Origin: Bugula neritina
Taxonomy: Eukaryota > Animalia > Bryozoa
Length of the DNA stretch: 64,000 nucleotides
Direction of reading: 5' to 3'
NCBI GenBank assembly: GCA_964035545.1
Contig: OZ037773.1
Coordinates: forward strand, 8,461,751 to 8,525,750
The stretch's first letter is position 1. Every line of letters begins with the position of its first letter. Positions 25,701 to 40,700 of the stretch are shown here, one piece after another. Position numbers and translations under genes: made by a program. Under the pieces are notes generated by a model that was not told the origin of the DNA, ran no database searches, and worked only from the letters and a program-made list of their open reading frames with translations.

Positions 25701-28700
25701 TCACCAAATACTTTCAGATGGGTCTGGGGTTTATAAAGCACAAGTCAAGAGATTAAGTTAAAAATAGTCTACTGACTTCTTTGATGTTAGAGGTTATATC
25801 CACATAATCTATGTAAATCCTAAATACAAATTTAAAACTTTTCTTTAAAGTTGAAATTAAAAAAATAACTAACAAGTTTAAACTGACATATCTTGGTTAG
25901 TTAAAATACTTGAAATATTTTTAATGGCGGCATTTACTGCTCTGATATTGTATAAAGTGGCGAACAACATCCTTCTTGTGATGAAAATTCCTGACTCCAT
26001 TTACCTAGTCAGGGGAAAGACTGTACTGGCCATTAGTAGAGCGTCACCAGAACACAAACAGGCGCTTAGTGCAAATAGGAAAGGATAAAAGGCTTATTGA
26101 CTGTAATAAAGAAATTACTTCAAATCTATTTAATGGCCCTATCTTCTTGGTTTATCATCACATTATGGTGATTGGAAGACTTTTACTTGTACTTCAATAC
26201 GTAAAAACCTTCCATTTCTTAATGCAAGCATTAACTTTGCATTCTTAAACCTTCATATAACTGTGTTTTGGCACTGGGTTTTGTTTATGTGTTACTGTGA
26301 CATTACCACCTATTTTCTATATCACTGATAGCACTAATAAAACACATAGGATTTGCAGCAAAAGCTCCCAGTATTTTTTACTGGTGGGCTGAGTTTTATA
26401 GCAACAGCTACTTTACCTGAAGATACCACATTCAGCGGAACTTCATGACAAATAATAATTGATGACAACTTCTGAAAACTGGTTGCTAGCATCAAGTGCA
26501 CATGTTAAAAATAGGGTTTGGCTAGCTTTGCTGTTCAAAAGGTAAATTTGCATACAATTGTTAACAGGTTAAAAGTTAGCTTAGCAATTATATGAAGTGT
26601 GGTTGAAGCATGTCTAAATAGAAAGAGGACGCCATTTCCATATTGTAATATCTGAGTGCAAAAAACAGGAAAATGACGAAGCGATGTTACTGCAAGTAAT
26701 GACACTTCTTGTGTGGCAGAGTTGCAGTATCGTCTTACAGAGGTTATTAGCTTTCAGCTATAAGCTACATAATCAGGGAACAGCCGTGGTCTAGGGGTTA
26801 GAGCGTTTGCCTAGTAAGTACGAAGTCATGGGTTTGAACCCCAGACAAAGGCCATTGGTGATGTTAGGAAAAGCATCCAGTCATAATTGCTTCTGTGCCT
26901 CATTTAAATAAATCCTTAACCAGCTTTAAAAAACCCTTCTATCAGGGGTTTCTCACAGGGATGGCGACTATAAACTTGTGTGAGTTTTTTTAAGCTACAT
27001 TTTCATATTCCTTAAAATAAACTATGCACAAGCAACATTGACTTTTATGTTCATTTTCTAACATTTATCAAATTATTTGTAGCTGTTGGATTCTGGGATC
27101 TAGAAGCTGCAAATAGAATCCTTTGAGTTCTATTTTAGTATTTATATCTTCAAATTCGGTCAACAAGGTCAAATTTTATGTTAAAGAGTGCACTTAGGTG
27201 ACAAATGTTATAAGTTGTTTTATAATTTATACAAAAAATTATAACTTTTAGTTATTGCAAAGAACATATAGGAGTTATAGTAGAAGTACATGAATGCAGT
27301 ATGAAGCTTACAAGGCATTTGTTTTGTAGATGAATTTGGTAGCGACACGGAGCAAAGAGACAGGGAATCACTAGAACTCTTAGGAGAGACTCCATCTGTT
27401 GACAAAATGCCACCAGCAAAGGGTTTTTTCAAGACTCTGCTTAGAAAAAGTAAGTTAATGACTTAAGTTGATGTAGTTAGTGTTCAATTACCACTTCTAT
27501 GTAGGCTACATGGCAGTAGGTGAAATGCTTCTTACTGGTAGAAATACTTGGGGGGACTTAACTTTAATAAAAAAAACTGTCTTAAGCTCAGGGACCATTA
27601 AATCGTAGAGGAAGTTATAATGACATCATTTAGGTTACTAAGGCATTAGTGAGTGTCTTATCTAGAATGAGCAACTTCAAACTGCTTCTACCAAATCAAG
27701 ACTTTAGATACTCATTAGTTACCTTTTTTTACTAAGTTGGTGGTTTATTAGGACTTTGATATATTTTAAGATATTAATGAAGATTAATTCGTGTTGGGAA
27801 TTCAGGAACATAAATTATGCGTGTGATGAATCAAAATATTTGAGTGAAAGTAGCTAGTTTAAATCATTAGCCATCTATTTTATACCTGGTAATAGAGCTG
27901 TAACTATCAGGTTCGTAATTTTGTGCTTATTTTTGAAATTGAAATTGATTGATAGCGCCATATCTGTGTTGACAGGTAACTGTATGTGCTCCATCATCTG
28001 ACAGCTTCATAATTTACAAGCGGCATATATCTTTCTCTTTTTCAGAAGATTATGAGTGATGGCATGTCATGTTTAGTTCCACCAAAATGTTTTGAATTAT
28101 TGTCTTCACTCATACAAGCCACTATTTTAACGTCTGCTTTTAATTCTCCATAAACTCTATTGTCTAACTTTACACAACATCAAAAGTAGCTATATGTTAC
28201 ATAAAATTCATTCACATTTTTGTTGGCACGTGTCATCACAGTTTCTGCCTCAGTTCTTGTTCTTCATCTACTCTGGTTGTTCTCTTTATAGTCAATTGCC
28301 TATACTAGAGCCTTCAATCAGTTGTTACAGGTTTCCAATTTAAGTATTTCTTTATTCATATTCTTTTTCACTCGATTGTACTTCTAATTTTTTGTTGAAA
28401 ACATAGAATTATATGTTGAAGCCAATCCAATTTTTATCTCCCTTTAATTCATCTTCCTAAGTACGTGTCCTTATTTAGTACATCTTTTTTCCCTCCTTTT
28501 AATTTTTCATGCCATATGTTCAATTTATTTGTATTTTTTGGTTTGGAAACGGACATATTGTTTAAACATATAATCTCATTCCAGACAAAGACGGATATAA
28601 AGTCACAAGGTTTTAGACTATGTGGCTAGGTAAAGCAACTTGGCAAGTAGATTTGTAGATTAGATAAAAAACAGCAAAAAATTCATATAAACAAAACAAT

Positions 28701-31700
28701 AAATTTTGCACATAGAAAATGTAAATCACACTCTTCAACATTGGTGATAGATTAGAGTTTCTTGGTGATACTGGAAATGGTGTATGTTGGTTAACGTATG
28801 CCAACGTCTGTGCCAAAATGCATTGCTACTGAAAAAGATATTTTGAATTCTTTTGTTTGGCAATCACTGACTATTTTCTTGTCACGCTAGAAAGAAACAA
28901 TTCTTAGTGGAATAGCTGTGAGTGATTGTGTTTGGCAACAGTTTGACTCAGCAGAGCACCAGCAGAATAAATTATCTTTTGAAGTTTTTTTTGGCAAAAT
29001 AGAAAGTTCTGCTAAAGAAATTTCTGCAAAACTTTCTTGCTATCTAAAAAATTAAATCTTAATATCTACTTTAAAATAAGAATTTCGATACTTGGATTAT
29101 AACTTTTACTCATCAAGAAAATTTAATCACTAAAAACTCTTATACTACATATTTATAAAAAAATGTGTAAAGTTCAAACTAAGCTATAATGTACCTAGTA
29201 ATCTAAAAGAATTGATTTGAAAGCATTTCTTTTGCCATCTGCAGGTAAAAGTAAACATGAAGTGTCAGCATCAGAGTTTGAGTGCATAGAAGAGCCTCAT
29301 CAAAACGGTCACTATGGAAATAACTATCTTCAAGGGAATGCAGAAGCGGACAGAGTAGAAGATGAAGAGCAAGAACTGGATACGGAAGGAAAACTTCCCA
29401 AAGAGTTCCTCGATACATGGGTATGTCTATTGTTTAGTGTTTCGGGTGTTGCTATTAGCTGAAAGTGTTGCAAAATATTCCTGTGTCCTGATGATGAGTG
29501 ATTAGAGAGTTCCTCTTTCATAAGTACAGCCTTCCTTTTCTGCTTTGAAGTCAACGTCATAATGAATGGCAAATATTTTATGAAAAGTTTCAACAATAAA
29601 TTAAGGTTCTTAGTTGCAATCAACTCAGTCAAAACACTTGTTGATGTTTACTCGCAATAGTTCTGTATCTTGTCTGCTTTCGGTCCTCTGTTTTTTTTTA
29701 ACCAATATTGGTTTGAGTGACTGAGAATAAATCTGAGACACTGATAATAAAGAGAACTATTCACAGTCCATTGAATAACTAATGGTCAATTTCAGCTGTA
29801 ATTTGTAAAAAAGTTTTATATGCAATGAGTAAAAGCAAGCGTTTGTCTTTACCTTGATGGTTGACTTAAAGAGAGAATAATCAGCGTATATTAGGTTTAA
29901 TCAAAATTGGCTTTGTCACTCATAATTCTTCTCAAAGTTTTATACTAATTATAGCTGCGTCGTCGTGTTGTTGCAATGAATGATGGTGCAAAATTAGAAT
30001 CGAGGACAGTAAAATTACTAACCATGTTTGTGGCACACACACCCAATCATAACTTAAGCATGCATTTTTACATTGCAATATAAAAACCTGTTGGCAGACT
30101 CTGTGAGGGCGTGTATTATGTAACTTCAAATCCTCTTTGATTAGCATGTAAAGTCTGGTTGCTGCTGTAACTTAGTCTGTATGCCTCAAGTATCTAATTG
30201 TCATGCGAGGTTTGTTTTATTATTCAGTTAAGATAATTGGATTATTCATAATTAATTTAGACATCTGTAAGTATGCAGAAGAGTACCACCCACAATTCCT
30301 GGTGTGGCAGTCTCATTCTCAGCTCTTGAGTAGAATAGTTCTTACTATGTAGCAGTTTGCGTCTATGACCTCATTTTATAGACGGGAAGTTGATATCTTT
30401 TGACTCCTATATTATGCAAATAGTTGTGTCCAAACTCAGTAACTGTGCTAAAAGATTTTTATTTATGCATGTTATTAGCACTGACTAGCAGTTATTATAG
30501 AGTTAGAGTCTGAAATTCAGTAGCATGCAACTGGAAGAAAATGTTATAAGACAATCTACTGTGACGTAGTCCTATAACTTCTTTCTTAATGTTAGTTAAC
30601 TAGAGAGAAATAATATTGTACAGATATTATGAGTGTAATGCTATTAGTTATAAAACTAATGAATTGACTCGCACTTGGGTCTATAAAACTTTCCAAGCTG
30701 GTGAACTTTCTGAATTTACTGAATCACACAGTTACAAACACAGAACTTAAAAACGTTGCAACATAATAAGTTTATTAATATTTGTGTCCAATACAGCCCA
30801 ATACTAGCGGACTGCAGATGTGTGGCTTAAAGAAATTTTTCAGTAATTGAAACCTTCAATTAGAGCGAGATAATTTATAATATGATGACACCAGTTGACC
30901 ATTTGCAGATTATTCTATTATCATAAATATTAAGAAATAATAAGAGTGGGGGCTTGCCTTGTGGTCCAAGTGTGAGAAAAGACTGGCACATATTTCTACG
31001 TAAGCCACACTGACAATTGAACTCTGAATCTAATATAATGAATATAATAAGATAAGACTGTCTTACCTGCCAATATAATTGATGATATAATGATAGCCAG
31101 ACATTGGAAATTATTAAAAGCTTAAACCTTATAAGTTTTATTAATTTTTCTTAAACAAATTAAAAACCTTTTTATCAAAAAGCTTTGTTTTTTATTATTT
31201 CATTTAATATGACTGCATCTTTTCCCTAGTTTTTATAAAAACAACCCCTTGAGTTTGGATTGGCAAAATCTGATTGCATTTTCCAGCTAGTTGCAATAGG
31301 TGAAAAAATAATGTATTGATTACATTGATTGCAACTTTATTCAACAATTTCAATTCTAAAGCCAAATAGCTTTTCATAACAATCAAGTTTACATGAAACT
31401 TAATTCCATCAACTTAATTGCACCTCTTAATAAGTGACTAAAGTTTTTAACTCTCTGCATTTTTTGGGAGTGATTTTGCTCACGCTGTGAGAATTATAAA
31501 ATTATAATTTGCTGAGCCTTGCAGTATTTAGGTATAGACATTTATCAAGGACAGGATTTATGGTTCTCAGGTGTTTAGTAGGCAAGTTAGTGTAGAGATA
31601 AGTAATGAGGTGACAATCACCTTACCTTTCTTGTCATTTCTCAAACTGATACAGCAGCTGCAACTATGCAGTTTATTACTATTCACACAACACCCTGTCA

Positions 31701-34700
31701 GACTGCTGACTTGGGTCAAATACATTACAAGGGACATTTTAAAACTGTTGAAAACTTGAAGCACACTTGAGAAAAATTACTCTAATTTACCAAATCATAT
31801 CAAGTCACAAAATTAGTGGCTTAGACGTTGAATTTTCATGGTTAAGTTTCTCAACTCTCTCAAAATTGACTGAAGCATGCCTGCCACCTTCCCTGCCACC
31901 CTCCCTCTACATCTGATGTGCTTTGTTCATTAATCTAAACAACAGCTGTGATACTCTTCATGCTGTTACTAGCTCAGTTATTGAGGTAGCAGTGCTAACT
32001 AAAGTCAGCCAGCTTTTAACTTGCTGAGTCTATTCTAGAATTGTATCACAACTTGTGAAATATGAAGTAACAAAAAAAACAGATGCTGCAGGCAAAGAAG
32101 CTTTAATACTTGCCAATATTTCAAACATAACTTAATTTAATTGTAATATTGTTCACTATAAAATGCTTCATGTTGTGCCACAAGCTGTGTGATCACAACA
32201 TGATAAGCGTGTGACAAGCTTTTCCCTAGCTTCACTTCCGCATTGTATGACTCATTATTATGGTACTTGCTGTTACTAGCAGCTGTCTTTATATCACCAG
32301 GTGAGTTCCACCACCCACCAGCTACTTGACGAGATGGATATGGCGCTGAAAGGGGTGTGGCCTTATGACAAGAAGGAGGAAAGTTTGTCTGCTTACGGCA
32401 GAAGAAGTGTTTCCAGCAGCCATCTGCAAATAGAAGAAGACGAGCCACCACAACCATCATATGACACGATTAAGAGAAAGTCAAAACAGCTGGTAAGTGA
32501 TATTTCTCTACATAAACTAGATCATAGGTGAATGGGCTTTTTCAGAGTCTACTTTGTGATGCTAACTTTGATTTGCTAAGAGAGATGATATCAATGGACT
32601 GAGAATATTCTAAATGAGACTACTACGTCTGCTACTTGTGATATTTGAAACTAAACTTCTCGGTTTAAATAAAGTACAACTCAGTTCTATCACCAACTAT
32701 ATCAACTGCTAAATGCTGTTAAGTAGCTTAGGTCCAACCCTATACGTAGTATGTAATACAATGGGTGGGGAGGTAGGAACACAAATGAAAGACCATAAAA
32801 TAGTAACTTTCTTCTAACCTAGCGATGTACAGGAAAAGAAAAGCAAATCAATTTACCAGAAAACTACATGGAAATGACAATGTAGGTGTGAAACTTCACA
32901 AGTCATTGGCTTTCTATAATACTTTACAATCTATAATGTTTTGCATATTAATTATCACTCAACACTTTGCTAGTGAAATTGTGTGGAACACCATATTCCC
33001 AAGCAGATTTCTCTCTTAATCAATATAAACTTAATACCTAACCTCTTTAAATATTAGAAAGACATAAAATAACACAGATTAGTGTCTTCTACAGGTTAAG
33101 TCTCTGCAGATCATACCATGTTCTTATATTTTTATAACTACCTCTTCCGTCTTTCCTCCCTCTGTATCAGTGTTGTAAGAAGTAGTTTCTTTAAATTTAA
33201 GATGTCAAGTCACAACAATGCCGTCTTTTAATAAATTTTAGCTGTTTAACTTCCTGGAAGATATTTTGGATATCACAGCTATAAACCGAGCTCCAGTAGT
33301 GGTAGTTAACCTACCTGTATCATGCACATGCTAGGAAGCCATTGGGCAACACCATCAAACTTCGCAACAATGTTGCCCTGTAATATAAAGTAATATCATA
33401 CAGTTCACTGGGTATTATAGTACGCAGGTTGCCACTTTCTCTATTAAGCAATAGATTCCAGTCTTAGTTTTATAAATTTTGTCAAAGTGAATGAGTTATA
33501 AGATTCTTAACTTCATTGGTTTGTTCGAGACTTTCCTGGTGGGGATAGGTTTTATAGTACTAGTAGTAGTTGCATGTAGCTAATGCCTCCTTAAAGTGTT
33601 ACGAAATGTTTGGGACTTATGTAACAAGTGTGTCACATGCTGTGACAGGTGTATGTGACAGGCTCCTTGGTTGAAGTCTACCAATATATTATCATCAATT
33701 ATAGTAAAGCTACACTCTTTTGTCTTAAACTAAAAAATACACGCCCATTAAACTTGTGCTAATTCATTCACTAACCTTTTGACATTAGACTCAATAACAA
33801 AATTTGAAAATAAATGAAACTCAACTGATTGAAATTTTCTTGCTACTTTAAGGTCAACTAGAAACATTTTGTTATATTTAGAATGTCTAACAGCTATAGT
33901 AGAAGTTGTTAAGTTATACATTTTAGCTCCAATCTCCAATCTCTATTTTAAGAAATGCACTTAACAAATATATTGAAGTTTAATTAAATTTAGCTGACAT
34001 TGTGCTGTCAATCATAATGAAATTACTTAAAAAAAATTGAAAAGAACTGAAATGTGTTCCACTCTAGAAAAACTAGCATTTTAGCAGTTCAAGTTTTACT
34101 GCACATAAACTAAATGGAAATAAAGATTTTGAAAGTGTTGCTTGCTAATCATACGTTTTACACAATATTTATACAACATTATTGTTTGCCTTCTATTCTT
34201 CAACAGCTTCAAGAAATATTAAGAGCGTAACTCCATGCATGTTTACTAAGTTAACGATACAACCTTGTGAAGTTTACTGGCCCAATTTAAATAGGCCCCT
34301 TGTCTAAATTTATGCATCCCTCACCCCATGCCCATTTATTTAAATACATAATTCATAGCAGACTAGTCAGGGTATATACACAATGATTATGATAATTTAT
34401 TCTCGTTATATGCATAAGAATATGGACAGACATTAACTCACAGCGTGTAACATAACTACCATTAGTAGAATGTAATCTTTGAACCAGTTTCTGGGGCAAT
34501 GCAAGAAGGGTTTAGATATCAATACAGCAAATGAGAGACTAGCAAGAATGTCATGGAAACCAAGTGCAGCCAGGCGCAAAACTGTCATAAACAACTCTTT
34601 AGGAGAGATTGGTGACAAAAAATATTTGAAGAGTTCTATTCTAAAATGGGACATAGACCATTTTTGGAAAGGAGAGATAGGTGACAAAGAATATTTCTAG

Positions 34701-37700
34701 CCTATAAGTGTAAACTCTAATATCAGTAATCTACTCATTGACTGGAAAAGTTTTCAAAAAGCAACCAAATGAAAATCTCTTTGATAAAAATTGACTAGGT
34801 GATAAACATGGCTGAGCTGTGTCGTAGTTTGCGATTCATTTATCTTGACTAGGAAGTCCGTCCAATCAGAAAGAATCTCCGTATAAACACTTGGCTAGAA
34901 TATCTCGTATCAACTCTTTTCTCGGTGTGCAAGCATTGGCTGCGCTTCTGCAATGCATATATCACAACAAAAAAGTTAAATAGTTTGGTTTTGCTAACCA
35001 GCGCCAACATTCAGGCAACCAAAAAGATTGGAAGCAAAGTATTATAAAATATTTATAAAGCATGCGATATATAATCACGTTGATATAATTACAGAAAGTT
35101 ATTCTCAACCACCAGGTGACATTGCCTCACTGCCAACACATTGAAGCTCTAACTTAATATTATAAAGTTTTTAATAAAGTGTCAAGAATAAGTGAATAAA
35201 AAACAATTTAATTATCGCTTTTTTTCAAAAAGCATTTTCTAGAATGCGCAGGCAACAATAATATTGAAATATTCAAGGAAATAGCCATGCTCCTTTAGCA
35301 ACTTTGATTTATATACAATAAAGTATGCGTATACTGGCAATCGTAGTTTGAAAGGGTTATTGAAACTTCGCACTGGTTAGAAGCAAATGAATTAGATGTT
35401 AAGATGTTTGAATGTTTGCCAAAATGTTTGGTGAAAATTAAGACATTAATTTTATTGTTATGTGGCTGTTTTTAAGAATCTCATTGTGGTTCTTTTGAAA
35501 GAAACTAACATAAAAGTCAGACTCCAACGAATTTTATTTTAATTACTTATAGAGATTTCTCTCGATGAATTATTACCGAAACCTATTATCTAAAAATAAT
35601 ATATTGCAGATTATGACAGTCCAGTACTGTTTGGCACTGACAGCTGGCAGAATGCAACTTATTGTTATATCATGAGATTTCTGTATGCTAGTGACAAGTT
35701 GCACTCTTGAAGCAGCTAGCTATTTTATCCTCCGACCTTTTAGCTTTAGTCTAGGACTGCATTGAATTTGATACAAGAATTTAACATCTATTTGTAAGAA
35801 TTCTTTTGAAAACACAGTTATATATCTTCTACTACGCTTTCCTCGATGTACAGTCACCTGCAAGCTACCTCTGCTACAATAGTTTCTAATTCTGTAGCTA
35901 TCTGGTCGGTGTTTGTCTTAAATTCCTAACCATATTCCTTATACTTTATTAGGTAAGTCTTTTACCATTTTACTACCCTCTCCCTTCTACTTCTACCCTC
36001 ACTTCCACACAATCCTACCTTCTCTCTATAACACATCTCTCTACCCTCTCTCCCACACATCTCTACCCTCTCCCCAACACATCTCCTACCCTCCTATAGA
36101 TTTTCTATAATTGTGCAGCTGCTTCTAGTGTTGGTTCAACTCTACAAAAAGGTTTACCAAGACACATGTACCTAGTATTAGTCTGATACACTGAAATCTA
36201 CCAGATGTCATTGCAAACCTACCGCAATGAACCGTTATCCTTCAAACAAGCAATTAAAATATTTCACTATTTAATGCAATTACAAACATCATATAAATTT
36301 AAAAACAATTTAATCAAGTCAATCATTTTGGAAGTAATATAACCCACTTGTGAAAGTTTTAGAATAAATTCCTTGGAAATCATTGCTTTTCCGATTTCAT
36401 ATAATTTATGTATTTTATTGGTATGTTGGAGCAAACATTCTACCTCTCAAATATATTAATGGAAAGCTTTCTTTTGATGCATTCACTATTTATTATTTTT
36501 CAGACTTTCCTTAAAGCCGATAAGAATTTAGGGTAGACGTTATGTCCATTGCACTACTTTGTAACTGTTGTATGTGTAGTCACTGAGTCTAACAGTGAAT
36601 GTCTCTCTTCTACTGGGTAAAAGAGTTTAAAATAGAATTTGACTTCCTAAGGGATTAAAATCTTCTATTAATCCTAAAAAGCAAAACCACATTAAAAGTT
36701 ACATGAAAGAGAAACTGCAATAGAAGTGACAAAGCTGAATCGTCATACTACAAAATGAGAATGTTAAGAGTTATTTCCACTTGCTACTGAAAAAACACTG
36801 CTGAAGTTAATGTTTATATTAGTTCATCAACAGACTGGGGTGCCTTAGATGTAGGAATTATTTAGAAGTCTAACGGAATTAGAGTCCCCAAAATAATCCA
36901 TGGCTGCCATCTTAATAGCACACACTCGTACTTTGCATAGCATGGTATAGCATAGCATAGCATGGCATATCACATAGCATAACACAGCATAGCATAACAC
37001 AGCATAGCATAGCATAGCATGACAAAATATAGCATAGCATTGCATAGTATAACACAGCATAGCACAGCATAGTATAGCATAGCATTGCATAGTATAACAC
37101 AGCATAGCACAGCATAGTTGTTTTCTTTGCTACTTTTCTTGGAGTTAAAATATTGCCTATATATTTCTCAATGAAATACACTAAAACTCAAACTGCAATT
37201 GAAAAAGTGTACTCAGCTGTACTCAGGTACATACAGTGACTGCTGTTTAAAATATATCTTTAGTCCTGCAATATAACCTAACTACAAGTTTTGTCTGATA
37301 GCAAAGTGTTTGATTAAGTCTGATATAATTATGTAAATATTAAATGTTGAACAAAATACTATTTATGTTAAGCATTTACCATTGATTATGTTGCTACAGA
37401 TATTTATTATTGATTATTAGTTATGTATGATATGTGATATTGACTTGCATCGCATGTTTATCCAGACAGCATCATCAGTGTGGAGTGACAGAGGTAGAGG
37501 TGACACTGAAAGTAACTCTAACTTCATCCTTAAAGAGGTTAGCCTCATTTCCCAACTGATTGTGTTTTATGTGAAGATACTTAGTTAATACTTATCTTAT
37601 TCATAACATTTTTCTGAATTTTTAAACATAGCCAAGATTTAAAACTAAAGTATGTTGCCTTCATATAATATTATAATTTACTTTTGCATGCAGAGGGTAC

Positions 37701-40700
37701 AATTTACAGCTTCCATGATCTGCCTATAGCTATAGTTTTAAATCTGTTCTGCTAGACACTAATCATTCTGATGAGAAAATAAGATAGAAAGATCAACTTA
37801 CAATTAATATTATAAGCAATCTAAAATATATACTCAGCAGTGATGTCATTATAAGCATATAAATTGGTTATTCACTAAGAGAATTGAAGTTGTCTTTTCT
37901 CTGCTTAGCTAATCTCTAGATGCTTAAATGTGCCCTTTGTTGTGCATAAATAATTATTTTCATGCTTTCTGACATGATTTAGAGTATTTATCTGCTGAAA
38001 GCTCCTTTTATGTAAAATAGTGTCAATGCAGCTGGCTAATGAAATATTAGCTACTCTAGCTATTAGTATAATATAAAGTATATAGTATTAGTAGCAAGTT
38101 TGAAGCACAATGAATCATTTATTGTAGAAAACTAAAAGGCCACCTGCAAACTCAGTGAATGGGAGTTTAAGAAACTCACAGAGTCATCACAAGTAAGTAA
38201 GCCCTCACAGCCAATCAGTCATGTGATCAGTCATGTGATACCCTTTGATTGTATGCCTTAATCTGATTGGTTGTTAACAAAAAACTCTTGGTTGCATGGT
38301 TTGTACACTTTCTGTATATCTCAATGAGCCAAACTATTTGAATTGCATCCTAGATGTTAAAATAGTATTCAGACAGTCAGCTAGTAGAACAACTGGGCTA
38401 ATCAAATTGATAGAATTAGCTTAAAAAAGCTGCAATATCTTTCAACAATACTGTTTACATTTGGATATTTGGTGATGCTGCTGTTGTAGGTCAACCTCGT
38501 CTCTACATTCCACTGCAAACAAGAGCAAGTCGTTGGCAGCAGCAGCAGCCGCAGCAGAGTCTCGACAGAGTAAGGTTGCTGTCACAGAGCTGGACGGGTC
38601 AGCACCAAAATCTAAATACAGAGAGCAGTTCTTAAAGAAGATGCAGAGAGATAGTATGAGTCATAGAGATAGCATGAGTCAGCAGGGTGAGTTTATAGCT
38701 CGTACAATGTAATGTGTCGTAGAGAATAGGAATGTGCCCTATAGACAGACTCAAACTACAGCTTATGCTGAATAGTCTGATAACATAACCTTGTAAATTG
38801 TATTATCAAATCAAAACATAAACTACAAAGCATCAATAATTTTTTTAGAAAGCGTACTACATATTAAGCCTTACGCATGTATTATATTTAGTGTAAATTT
38901 GGTATTGCATATAACATATTTCATATTAATCATATTACATGTACTTTGTATTATGTATATGTTAAGCCATAGATTATAGCAAACTTTTGTATATATGTTA
39001 GGAACCCTCAAGAAAAACACCAGCTCATCGGAGTTGCTCACTCTTGCACCTTATGATGACAACATCAACTATTTAAACGTACCTCAAGGCAGCAACAACA
39101 GCACTAACAAACATGGTGAGTTGTTTTACAATGGGTTAAGGTCTTTACTTTGAAGTCATCTTGAGTCAAAACATTATATTTTAACTTTTAGATTCTTGTT
39201 TAGTGAACTTTTTACAAGAATTAGCTTAGTTTCTCATTGAGAATGTTAATGTAATCCTGTAAATATTAGGTCAGCGAACCAACAAAGTTGGGTTGGAAAT
39301 GAAGTTTGGTAAATGATTTTAGTCTAAAATACGATATACTAGACTTGATTAGATGTTAAAGGTTTGTTATCAAGGCAGCAATGTATCTTCATCTAGACAA
39401 GAGAAAAATATATAATATAATATAGAGTATACAAAATTCAATTGATTATTACTCAGCTACATTTATACTTACAGCAAACAAAGGTTCGAGGGCTACTAGC
39501 ACACCCCCCTCCTCTTTAAGACAAAAGGTAAGAGGCCCAGCAGCTCCTATCCATGGCAGACAATCCAGTGTACCAGGTTCTACTTATAGCGGCAGTTCCT
39601 CAGGACAAAGTACTCATGATTACAGGTGCGCTTTCTACTTGCCCCTTAACCTAGTCGGTTTTGTACAATTTGTTTAATGTTAACAGTTTGCCCAGTTATT
39701 AAAAACACCATTTCCTAGAAGTTGTCATAGAAAGTGTTAACAACAGTAAAAGGCAAGATGCATGCAAACGCAGCTGTGAGAATTCATTTGTGATTATGTA
39801 AAAAATACAGTCATAAGTAATTGATAGAAAAGCTCTGTTAAAAGTCCATGTTTCAAGTTTTTTAAAAAAATTTAGATTGATATAAAACCCCTAAATTTTA
39901 ATTTTCATGCGCTTCAATAACCTAAGACAAATTTTCAAAAATATAGACTAATTCAGTAATTTTCAGTTTCATTTTTTGCCATAATTTTATGCTCTCTTCT
40001 CTATACAACACTCTAAAATTTGTCACGTGGAAGTCTTGACATGAATATTTATGACAATCATAAACTTATTATTCTTATGATTAGTTTTAATAATATTTGA
40101 CTATTTTAAGTTTTCCCCAACATTTTGTTTGTTTCGAGGTTGTTTGACAACCTATTTTTAGCAACATAAATCAAAAGAAATTTCTGATACGCTTGCTGGT
40201 GTGCTGTACTTGCTTTATTAACATGGCAATTCTATTTATCAGAGGTAAAGAAGATCCCTTAGAATTTAAATCCTCCTCACTGAGTCCAGCCCACGACTCT
40301 GGGTATGAGAGTGGTACAGTACGATCCAGGAAACAGGATACTCTAGCTTTGCCACAGAGTGTCACCGGAGGGCAACTTAGACACGAGTACGGTACTCTTC
40401 GACCAAAGAAAGAAGGAATGCAACTATCCACAAACCAAGGCTATGAATCGAGCACACTGATGAGGCCACGCAAGGAGATTAGCACAGCCAGCGCTGACTA
40501 TGCTACCCTAAAAAGAGTCAAAAGATCACCAACTTTGAGTTTGACATCCAGGTATGAGAAAATTTACGAAACCATATGTTATAAAATATTGTAAAACATG
40601 TTTATGAATTGCAATAATTTTTATATCAAAACTCTACTTTACATTTTTGGATTTTTTTCTGCATGCATTTAGAAAACTAATCAAATTATGGTATACTTTT

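Noticed and set aside
36845-37181. Cys/Tyr-rich ORFs (MLCYA repeats); likewise 14048-14341 and 57288-57759
   Set aside because: Translations of pentamer and 22-bp tandem repeats.
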